Of a DNA stretch of 64,000 bases, positions 19,223 through 30,400 are shown piece after piece. The DNA is from Klebsormidium nitens (taxonomy: Eukaryota; Plantae; Klebsormidiophyceae). Position 1 is the stretch's first letter; every line of letters begins with the position of its first letter. Under the pieces are notes generated by a model. It ran no database searches and had not been told where the DNA came from. It saw only the letters and a program-made list of their open reading frames with translations. Both the position numbers and the translations under genes were made by a program. Location: assembly GCA_000708835.1 (NCBI GenBank), contig DF237273.1, forward strand, positions 1 to 64,000, in the 5' to 3' direction.

Positions 19223-22200
19223 CTACTGTTGAAGCTTGAGCCGGGACCAACGAGGAGCGTATGCGACCCAGAACTCGGTGCTCACCCGACTGATAGTCTG
19301 GGGTCGCAGACGCGGCACGATCATGCACAGATTTGTAAACTCCTCCCCAAAGTCCGATTCGTCGAAGCCGCCATCGTCTTCGGGTTCTAGCGGACCGTCG
19401 GAGCTAGCGCTGGCGTCAGGCACGAGCACATCGCCCCCCGGGTGCTGCACCTCCTCCTCCGACCCAGCAGCACCGCTCCGCCTTGCCGAAACGCTGCCGT
19501 TCTCACCCGAGGACTCCGATGATGGGAGCAGCACCCGACGGCGCCGCCTGGTTTGTGGAGAGGGGGTTGCCTCATCACAAACCCGCCGCTTTCGGAGCTG
19601 CTGATGAGCCTGGGCAGCCGCCCACCGCCCGTTGCTTGCGGAAGAACCCTGCGAAGGGCTGCCCTCCTCGGCTGAGCACTTCGACCGGAGAGGCAGGAGA
19701 CGGGCTCCCGGCTTGAAGCCCTGAGCCTGAAGCTGAGAAACGTCCAACTCGGAGTCGGATTCCCTGGCGGCACGAAACCTGCCTTGCGCAACCACCGGAT
19801 TCTCTTCGTCTTGACTTCCGTCGTCGATCATGAGGCGATCTTGGGATGTCTCCACGTCCCCAGATTCGCCCACGCTCTCAAACTCCGCCCCCTCAATGTC
19901 CTCGCCTTCTTCTTCAGATCCTGATCGCCCAAACCCGGACTCACTGGCCGCACTCGTCGCCGACCGCTGGTTGCCGCCGCTTTTCTGGACGAAGGATGGG
20001 CCTTTTGTCAGAAATTAATCAAGAGACGTCTTCTGCAAATCAGCGCCGAGGGCATCCCGTGGAAGCAAGGCAGGCCGTCATCACGAATTGTTGACGTGGT
20101 CCAAAAGCTTCAGATAGAACCTCAAATGTTTCTTGCAGCGCGTGGACTCTGACCATCTGGAGCCAACCCAATCTGAAAAGGTCTCGCTAAAGAGACATGC
20201 GAGGAACAACGAACGAGTTCAACACATTCCTTGCTGGGAACGCATCACAACCACTCAAAATCTCAGCAACACTAGCATTGCCGAATCGCAGTTCTGGCCC
20301 TTGAAGCAGATCTCAAACGAACCGCTTTCGAGATGCGTACAACTTATACAGCTTGAACGAGCTCAGATCAATCCATAGTTCTCACCTCTGCTGTGGCGCC
20401 GCAACCCTTGACTGCAGCGCCAGCTGTCTCTCCCAATGAAGTGGACAGCCGGTCCTCTTCGTCTGCTCTGTTGTCTTCCACCTTGAAAGACGATGAGTGA
20501 CATTCGATCAGAACATGCGGAGCACATTCTTACCACAATTTCAATAAGCATACAACCAGCGTATGCAAACCAGTGTCGCAGCACTCCACCCTACTCACAG
20601 TCTTAAAATACGAAGTGCAATGCAAAGCAAACGAACGTCGCCAATGCGCAACAGATGATCAATGCAAAAGGCTGGCCCTCACATATCATCCAAGGTGATA
20701 ATGAAGACCTACTTTGGCACAATTTGCAGCACGACATTTTTCGAAAGCCAGCCCCTCGAGTCGCCTTAAAGACTCGGAATGCTTTGACTTCGTTAGTCGA
20801 GACGAAATGCATCCGTGGCAGCTTCCGATCGTGGTGCTAGAGCAAAGATACACATCTTACCAGGGCAGTCAGGAGGCCGTCTTCTATCCTGTCCAAATGA
20901 CTGAGCTCTCTCTGGAGCAATTCCGCGTCCGCCCTCGGCATCTCTTCCGGGAACTCGGGCCTTTCGATGCCCCCTGTCACCACGCGGTCAGATGCTCGAG
21001 AGGCAATGCCTCCCTTCGAATCTGCAGGGCTGGGGTCCACCTGGAAAATGGAGAGGTGAACGGGTCAACTTACACGCATGAGCAGGTGCTCTGAGGAGTC
21101 ACCGCGCAGCTTTCTCGTTGGCACAGTTGTGGCAAAACTACTGTCCCTATCAATTGACTTGCAAAAACGCGATACCCATGTTTCCTGCAACAGCGATGAG
21201 TGGCCTGGGACGAGCATTGGAAACGTCTTCGATCACTGGATCATGGGCGCCTTAACTGTTATGCGACAAGTGTTAAGTGCTTACCTGCTCGTAAAGCTTC
21301 CCATTCTTCTGCCACTTCTCAAACTCCTCAGGAACAGCGCGCTGACCACATGCCGGCCGCCAGCTCTGTTCGACGTCCTGCACAACGGCCTCTCTTCTTA
21401 CCATCAGGTTTCGTCTGTGGGTTACGAGTTCAGATGACGCTACCATTCCAAAAGCAGAAAGAAGTGATGCGACCGCAGAACGGTCTGACAGGCTCAAGCA
21501 AAGCTTTGAAGCAAAGCACTGCACTCGTTGTTGTAAACTATCACAGAGCCGTGCTACGAGTTGTTGAGTCAGCATGGGCTCGTCCTCACCTCTCGAGAGG
21601 GCAAATTCACAAGCTGACGGCAAGGGCTGACATCAGGTGCAGGTGCGTCCTTATTCTCGTTTCCCTGTGATTGGAGCGCTGGCCCAGGATTGCTTTCGAC
21701 GCCGCCGATCAGCAGAAGCTTTGCTGCAAAATGAATGCCAATGATGGACAAGCGAGCCAAACCGACAGTTCAGGTCATGAAAGAAGCAGATGGCGTGCAC
21801 GCCTCTGTTGACGGACCACACCTTGTCAATAATAATAAAGAAACCCACTCTCAGCACTTTAAGGCCATGTGCAATGTGTGGTCCAGCAGACTGTCAGACC
21901 GGCTATCCGGTCACACTCTTTTCGGCCAAACAGAAGAAGGGCAGCTACAAGCAGCCCGCACCTATTTGATAGAGTGACTCACCATTGAGGAGCTTGCTCT
22001 TGGGGGTCGCATCCCACCTGAAGTTGTCATGCTGATATCCGTCGCATGCTGTGGAAGATAGGCAAACATATTGAGTTGGCACGTGAGTAGGCAAGGTTTG
22101 GTTTCAAGCTCGACAGGATTCTCTTTGAGAGACATCGTAGAGGTGGGGTTTCAGGATTAGGAGAGACCAAGCAAAGTACAAGCAGCAGAACAGTCCATTG

Positions 22201-24175
22201 GGAGTAAGATTGTGCAATGAGTCCGGGATCAACAAGCAAGAGTCAGCTTGCTCTTTGCCCGAGAAAACCTCACCATGCCTACTCCCGAGCTCTGCCTCCT
22301 CGTCAAGCGCCCGCGCTAGCTCTTTCTTCAACTTGAAAGCTTCACAGACACGTGCCCACTCTGGAAAAAAGGCACGATGCACATGTCTTTGCGATAAGCG
22401 CTTACATGCAGGAGAGTCGTTGGCTTGTCGACGACAGCCAGCATGCCTGCTCAGTCTCAAGATTTGCATTTGCAAACTTGCATGGTTGGACCAGGCAAGC
22501 TCTTTGCCAAATGATTGACGGCGCGCCGACACAGCGGTAGCCGCATAGAACTCACCTGCCCGGGCCTTCTCAATCTGGAAGCAGCGAGTTCTGACTGGGC
22601 GATGCGCACCGCAGAAGCACTTGAGGTTGCCCCCTTCCTTGCCTCCACGCAGCGCATAGGTCGCGGGGTTGCTGCATTCTCCGCAAAGGAGACCGTGTGG
22701 AACTGGAAGGGAAAGCACAAACAGTCGAAACCAGTTCGGAAAGCGTCACGCATGTAAAGTCCTGGTTGATTCATGCGTACCTTCTCATATATCCCCGGCC
22801 ATACACACAAGAGTCTTGTACAGTTGCAAACTCCTAGACCTAAGGCTCAGATGCCCTCCCCCAAAGCGCTGACTCCGACTCCCGCAAGGCCCTATTAAGG
22901 TGCTTCATCAAGATGGCCCTATTAAGGTGCTGCTGCTCACCCTTGGCCCCAAAGAGGTAGCTGGCCAGTAGCTCCTTTGCTTTCCTCGCTTTCCTGGAAG
23001 CGCCACCAGCTGGGGGGCGGGCCTGGCTCGTTGCCGCTGGGCTCGCGGCCGCCGGGCTTGCGGCAGTCCTGTGAGCTCCACGGGAGGCGCTTGCTGGTCG
23101 CTGCAGCCCCTCCATGTGGGCCTGCCTGATCGACGTCAAGACCTTCTCGAAGCCCTCTTGCAGGCCCGCGTCTGCAGTGCCCGCCAGCGCCTGGAGACCA
23201 GCCATCGCGGCATGCAGGCTCCCATCCCAGGCAGCCTTCGACCAGAGGAGGCCTGCAGACCCGAGCTCCTCTCGAGCGCGCTGGCACAGGGTTCCCGCCA
23301 CCTTCCGGAAGATGCGGTGGCCTCTCTTGGAGTAGGTGAGGAAGCCTCTGGCCGCGCTCGCCACGAGCGCTCTGATGGCCGCCGGCGGGAGAGCATCATC
23401 GCGGGGTGGGCCGCATGTGTCCTGCAAGGAAGCCAAGGGGGCACGATGCGTCAGACCTCATGTCATCTCGAAGGAGCGAGCAGACACTTCTTCATCGGGT
23501 GAAAGCCAGTGCACAACTCTGATGAGAAGTGCGGTTGAGGGCAGAATCGGGCCAAGGCCATTCAACCCATCATCCTGAGCATTGAGACCGACCAGTCAAA
23601 ACTTTCCCTTAAAGTATAAGCATTCCAGATTTTCACGACAAAACTTTTGACTCCCGCCCTGGCCCTCATCCTAACAGTACTGTAAGGGTTAGCGATGGGG
23701 CCAGTCAAATTTTGCCCCATGAATATAAGCATTCCAACCTTTGAAGGCAGGACTTTTGACTCGCATAGCTCCCAAGCCAATCCAAACCGGGATCCTGAAC
23801 AAGCGGGAGCGCCCACCAGTCAAAACTTCCCTGAAGAGTATAAGCATTCCAGACTTTCACGACAGAATTTTTGACTCCCGCCCTGGCCCACGCGTTGTGA
23901 GAGGTAGCGCTTGGGGCCGTCAAAATGTGCTCCATGAATATAAGCATTCCGGACTTTCAGGCAAAGTTTTTGACTTGCAGTCAACCTGGCCATTTATCCC
24001 ATGATCCTGAAGATCTTGTTAGCGGCATTCAAGACGCTGGCCTTACCCCAGTCCTCGCAGGACCAGCTTTTATCTCCGCGCCACTGTTCGCGCCGTAAAC
24101 CACCTCATGCATGGGGTGGGGCGGGGGGGTGCTCGAGTTGGGTGCGGCAGCAGATGAGCGCGTTGCTCCACTTCC
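19223..24175 (-). other. Run of exon-like segments of one or more uncharacterised spliced genes of the element
   Basis: Minus-strand AG/GT-bounded open segments near 24175-24047, 23425-22941, 22703-22557 (Cys motif), 21725-21589 (2A-like), ~21420-21290, 21040-20862, 20480-20390 and ~19990-19223 (acidic/basic low complexity). Connectivity is not established. Confidence 0.45.
23585..23997 (-). repeat. Array 5 of the ~120-bp repeat family (4 units, alternating dimer structure)
   Basis: Arms at about 23594, 23703, 23818 and 23918; unit 1 resembles unit 3 and unit 2 resembles unit 4. A GG|GTAAGG donor lies upstream at ~24046. Confidence 0.93.
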
Positions 24176-24269
24176 CCCCTGCATAGGGAGAGTTCGAGAT
24201 GACGACAGGGGAGGCACATGTGTCTCTGCTGCTGTCTGGCTGTGTGTCTGGCACGCAAAGCACTGGTCT

Positions 24270-24610
24270 ACGCACTTGAGCTTCCAAGCCAGAGCAAACT
24301 GTCGAGTCTGTGCGCCATGAACCTCACAAGAACCTCAGAAAAGTGCGCGGGGGGGCTGACAAGCTGCACCAGCTGGTCTAAGCATTCTAGCCTCCAAGCC
24401 AATGCAGATTGTCCAGTCTTTGCACCATGAAGCACAGAGGAAGCTGGGAAAGTGCCTCGCGGGGCCTGACAATCTGCACCAGCTGGTTTCGGCATTGAGC
24501 CTCCAAGCCAATGCAAATTGTCGGAGCTTTGCTCTGCTGACTGCAGAAGGACCAAGGAAAGTGCCTGGCAGAAGTTCGCAGTTTGCACCAGCTGGTCTAC
24601 GTAGCTGGTG
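24270..24610. repeat. Three ~109-bp tandem repeats (unrelated to the hairpin family)
   Basis: GCCTCCAAGCCA..GCA.A.TGTC and TGCACCAGCTGGT recur at ~109-bp intervals. Confidence 0.85.
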
Positions 24611-26360
24611 CATGTATTTTAGCTCCAAAAGTTGGTCTGTTAGATATGAGCTTCGATTGGTCTGTTCCACATGACTTGACTGTGTGGACCTCGCACGCAT
24701 TGGATATTTGAGCCATCAGCGTTGATGAGCTCACCCCAATGGAAGGCGGTGATCCAGCAGGACGAGTGCCTTCCTTGCCATCAGACAGCGAGGCTGCCGG
24801 CCCCTGCTGTTGTGGTGTGGTACTCTCTGCCATCTGCTGCAAGAAATGACCAGACAACACTCAGAGATCCCTCAAGGTTTGAGGACACATTGACGAGCAG
24901 TTGCTGACAGGAGAGGATTGAGGTAGGCCATCAGCTGAGATCAGTCCTGCTTTCAAAGCACAATCCTGCGAGCCAGCAGGTGTGCAGGCCACCCAGCTGC
25001 AAAAGCCTATTAATTTGGGCGCAAGGGCTTACCTTGAAAGTTGAAGCGCAGCGCGGCTGTCCACACACTCTGCTGTCGTCGCTGAGCGATCAACCTGCAC
25101 CAAGGCCATGAAACAATATTTGCATGCATGCATGCGGGCATGCAAGATGTATTGTCGGATGTGCCAAGGCATTTAAATGTTGCTAATTGCCAACACAATT
25201 GCACGCTGATGCTGCTGATGCAATAGGCATGCCTGGTCATGCTTCAACATGCCCAACAGCCTCCTTTTGCGAGCGCACAAAATCCAGAAACATCCACTTG
25301 AAGCAGACAGCAAAGGCCCTCAGGATTGTCAGAAAGAATGAGAGGCAAGCTGCTCTTACCTGGGCATGCCCAGACGCCTGCGTGCACGACGCGCTGACCG
25401 CGGACTGCCAGCTTCTGAGCTCGCTCCAGAGCTCCCTCCAGAAATGGACCCTTTGCTGTTTGGAGAAATGAAGTTGGGGACCATTGCACCCCATCAAAAC
25501 AAGCTCATTGGGCTGCCAAAGGATGCCAGAGAGCGCCATCGGGTGCCGCCGCCAACTGTGCCAAGTCATCAATTGCTGAATCAATGCTGACTCAAAGAAG
25601 CATCTTCTTGCTTCTAGAAGGACACCTGGCAGCAAATCCAGCGTTTTCAAGCTCCGCCGCGGGGCGCCAAAAGACGCCAGACCTTGCCAATGCCACCTGT
25701 CCCAGATGACCTGGCTGCTGAGTCACCTCTGGAACTCTCTCGAACGAAGCTCAAGGAAAGATAATGCCAGCATTCAATCAGCACTTGAAAGCTGATACGC
25801 GCCGTGATGCGCCGCCATGACTCACTCACACGAGCTCAAGGCTGGAGAAAACTCTACGATCAACCCTGGCTGCTACCCTTGCTTTAAGAGCCTCAGTCTG
25901 TCTGCTTGAATATGCAGAGAACTCGGACTTCAACTGGGTGGGAACGGTCTGCAACAGCGTGGTAATGGTGAGCCGGCCCACAGAGCTAGGTGCCAGGCCC
26001 TAATGGGCAGATAGCCATGCGAAGGGCCGGCGGAGTTGGGTGGGAATGTAAGGGACACGTGCGCCAACTGTGCTGCTTGCGGCCGACTCTGGCACGCAGG
26101 CCTAACGGAGTGCGTCAGGGTTTCAAGGTTTTAAAATCCTGTGCACTGAGTCTTCAAGCGACCGTCGGCGACCGTCCCTAGCCGTCGCAGATTCATCGCA
26201 CGGCCGAAAACTGCTGTGCGCGAGCAATTTGCAGCCACAGGTTAGTTAGGTACCCGACCCACGATTGATCACTCCAGCGGGGTTACCAAGGTCCGGGATC
26301 AGCAGTGCGAAATTAAGTCTCAGGTCTCTCGTCTCCTTGTCATTTGTATTGCTTCAAGTG

Positions 26361-26752
26361 CATTATTGCAGCTGGAACTAGTCATATTCAATCATTGAAT
26401 GACGAGTTCATGGCCGCACGTCGGCATCTAATTGCATGCCACTGCATGCGCAATCGGCACTAAGCTGCTTGGCGGCTTCTTGCGGCAGCTTCTCGCTGGT
26501 CGGAACGACGAGGACTGATGTCCTGAAATTGCAAAGCTGCGCGGTTGGCATCTTAACTGCATTATTGCAGCTGGAACTAGTCATATTAAATCATTGAAAG
26601 ACGAGCTCATGGCCGCACAGCGGCGTCTAATTGCATGCCATTGCATGCGCAATCGGCAGCTGCGTGGCGGCTTCTTGCGGCAGCTTCTCGCTGATCGGAA
26701 CGACGAGGACTGATGTCCTGGAATTGCAAAGCTGCGCAGTTGGCATCTTACA
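26361..26752. repeat. Tandem ~197-bp duplication
   Basis: CATTATTGCAGCTGGAACTAGTCATATT...GTTGGCATCTTA occurs at 26361-26552 and again at 26560-26750. Confidence 0.92.
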
Positions 26753-27482
26753 AGTTCTCAACCCATGAGAACGTTTCAACACAGATAAGACGAAGCTAGG
26801 GCGAGACACGGGTGCACGGCACATGCAATGGTTAAAAGTTTGACGTTCATCATGGGCCGTTAAAGTCTGGAGTGCCACTAACAACGTTGAGATAAAGGAG
26901 GATAGATGCGAACAAGCCGCTCTGGTTTAAGATGTGGAAGCAAGCAAGCGAAGAACCATGTTCAATCATGACGTCCAATATCACTATGTTCAATCTTTTC
27001 TCAATTTGACTTGAATTACCAAGGTCGGCAAGCTTTGGACTGATGTGATAGGAGCATATAGTGCCACAGATGCCTAGTAGCCAAATACAATGATCAATTG
27101 CATGCACAATAATTGTACGCAATTCATGATGGAGATGCTTTGGATTGTGTGGAAAGTAATACTAGCAAGAATTAAGCCTTTCCACTAATGTCATATCAAA
27201 CAAAGAGTATTTGTAATAGAATCACCCCCGGAATTGCTCACAAATGGAGTCTGAGTATCAAAGCGGCAATCAGGGATTGAAAAGGCATTTGATTTGAGTA
27301 TCCCCCAGCGAAGGCCCCAATGTTGCGCGCAACACCGAATCCATTAGAAGGGAAGCTTATGGGGTCTGGGGTTGGGTGTGACCCCAGGAAAGGCCCCACC
27401 CTACCCTACACACAACTTTAAAGGGAGCGGGAGAATGCACGGTCGCGATCGGAGGGGCTTAACAAGTCTCGCTAGTACCAAA

Positions 27483-30400
27483 CTATCTCCCCCCCCGCTT
27501 CCACTTGTCCACCAGTCCTAGCTGTGAATCTAGCGCGCCGAACGCCACTTCAGCGTGCGTGTGTGCAACAATCTGTACAGATCCTGCTTGCGCTCGTGTG
27601 CTCCCCAACTGCGCTGGCTTCTGCTTAGTGTGCGGAGAAACCCCATTCGTGATGAGATCACCTGGCACGACGTAGCAGAACGTCACCTTCACAGACTCGA
27701 GCTCCGCGTCGCCCAGCCACGGCTTGATGTTGCTAATATGCATCGCCGTTTGGCTCGAGTGACCATGCTCCTCCGCCGACTGCAGCGTCACTTGGACTTT
27801 CGTGAGCCGATCAACGGACCCTGCAGAAGGCGCGAACGAGACAAGATCACAAACGTCAGCAATTTCCTGAAGAACTTCGGATTGCAGCCACATCAACAAT
27901 CTCGACACAGCACTTTTGAGGCATCCGCGACGATTCTGTAATCGGTTTGCTTATTCTGCCATAATTCAACCTAATCTTTGCTGACAACGTGCTTGGTGTC
28001 AGACGTCAGGGCCATGTCCCGAATTACCTTGCGTTACGCTGGATTAGGCGTGAATGACGGCAGTTGAGCGAGGCTTCTACCCAAACCCTACGTGTAACTC
28101 CCAAACGCAGGTCTTCACTGCCCACCGAATACTCTGGCCGGTACGTGCTTCCGGATTTTAAAGAGCACGCTATTTGAAACCCAGTGCAAGCAGACCACTG
28201 ACCAGTTCGCTAGCAGCCAGCCCGTAGAAAAGGGAAATCAAGCTCCGGTGACATCACTATCAGCTCCTTGCCAAATATTAGCCAAAGTTCGCCTAAGGTT
28301 TGCGGCTAAAAATCTGCCACAACAGTCACAGATGTCCCAAATTCGCTGTATCTAGCAACATCGAAGACCTTGTGTAGGCAGTCACGAAGCTGCTCTAATA
28401 TCAAACTACCTACAAACCGTCGATAACAAATCAGCAACACTTTAGCCTTCGGACAGGCACGTGGTAGTACCACTGTATTATATGAACTGGACGCCAATAG
28501 CGAGTCAGCTGCATTAAAAGAAGCTCATGACTCCGGATGCTCACCAAGCTCCTGCCCACGCCTCTTGAGCACCAGGATGGCCATATCCATGGCGGGGTAG
28601 AATGGCGTCCGAGGCACAAAGCAGACAATGCGCGCCCCCAGTCCGCTCTTCTGAAAGTCCGTGATTTCGGTCAGGACAGCAGGGGCCTCTGCGCCGCGCT
28701 CAAAGAACACCAGCTTGACCTGCTCCTCCTTCGAGTCCTGAAGCACTGCCTTGTAGCCCCCCCCGTCGACGATCGCACCTATGGCACAGCGCTCCGCAAG
28801 CAGTCCAGCTACCGCAGGTACCCGCTCCCCCTCAAGCTCGGACCTCAGAGTGGCCCAGACTGCCACATCACTGTAGAAGACAGCGCGCCCTTGCACCTGC
28901 TCCACGAAGTGCGCGATCGCCTCTCGCACTAGCGGAAACGCTGGCCGCACTCTGCCCCCCTCCACCGCCACATTCCGCAAATCGATTTCGTCCCAATCAG
29001 TGAGATCGAAAGCGACAAACGACTCGTTGTAAACCATCTTCTTCATTTGGCGGATCCACTTCTCAACTTTTTCCCCCCCCTTCGCTTTGACCTTCTCGTA
29101 GATTCGCTCGAGGCTCCTGGTTATCTGCACCACCCGATCACACTCCAAGAACCGCTCCCAGGCCGCCCAGTCGTACTTCGCCTTCTCCCCAGTCTGCTCA
29201 CTCTCAGCCCCCCCCTCCTTGCGAGATTCTTCCGACCTGATGGCCCCGCCCCCTCCAGCATCCGCTGAGCTCGCCTCAGCCTCCTCGTGCGCCTCCGGGC
29301 CCGCCGCCTGCCGAAACGGATTCACACCCGCTGCGCGCCCTTCATCCCCCCCCTTGGTCCCCAATGCTCCTCCCCGTGCGTTTCCCTTCCCGACGCTGCC
29401 GGGCAGTTCTCCTCCCTTCACCGGTTCCAAGCGCCCCACTTCAAACCTTGGGCTTGCACCAAAGACGCTGTGGACGAGGTATTCCCCCGCGCGTCTTTGG
29501 TAGTAGGCTTCGTGCCAATCCGCCAGGCACCCTGCTACTCCCCCGAGCTTTTCCCTCACAAGGCGTTGGACAGCCGGGGTGGAGCACTCTGTCCCGTAGA
29601 TGAGGTCGTACAGCTTTTGCTCTTCCTGTACAGTGCAGGTCTGATTAGAAAGCTGAAGTGAAAGAATTCTAACCCTGCCTCAATCCAGTGGGCATTCCAC
29701 GTTTCTGACCCTAATTTCATAGGAAGGAGCTAAGGAACTGAGGCCTTACTCGACCTAGCAATGACACCATCTTTTTAAGAGAAGCAACACTCCCAGTCCA
29801 CACAAACAAAAGTGAACACTGAAGAAGGCCTCTGCCTGCTCACGGATTTCTATGCGCGCAGACAGCTACTTAATTGCCCTACTCCAGAGCTGAATGACCA
29901 GACTCATCTTAAAACATTTAAGGTAGATAGCAATTCAAGAGCTGCTCAGCTGCACAGGATATGATCCAGCAAACCTCGATTACGTACCTGAGTGAGCCCA
30001 TCGTGCACTGGGAACATGTAGGCCTCCTTATGCAGCGTCTCGTTCTCTTTCGTATGCTCCTCACCCCCTGCGCTCGTGACCACAACTTTTCTGAAAAAGC
30101 GGAGACTTGCATCCAACACCTTTTTTGCACCTGGATCGGCGAAGAGATCCTGGTACTGATCCAGGCACCAGAGGAGTTCCTCCTCCTTCTTGCTCAGGAA
30201 GTCCTCCAGATCTTCCATTGAGTTCAGGCTTGCAATTTCTTCGATCATCTCCTCATTCCCGGCGTACGCCCATGCAAGGGCCTGCTTCATCGCCTCAACT
30301 CTCTTTTCCCTAAAGTATCCACAATCCAGGATTGGCGCCACGCGCCGCTCCTTTCCTTCCCATGCTGCTGCAAGGTAGATCACCAGTTGCAGGATAAGGT

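Noticed and set aside
1-26300. Complete Polinton, virophage or giant-virus provirus
   Set aside because: I could not recognise a capsid, packaging ATPase, protease, pPolB/PolB or RNA polymerase gene, nor any terminal inverted repeats, in the window.
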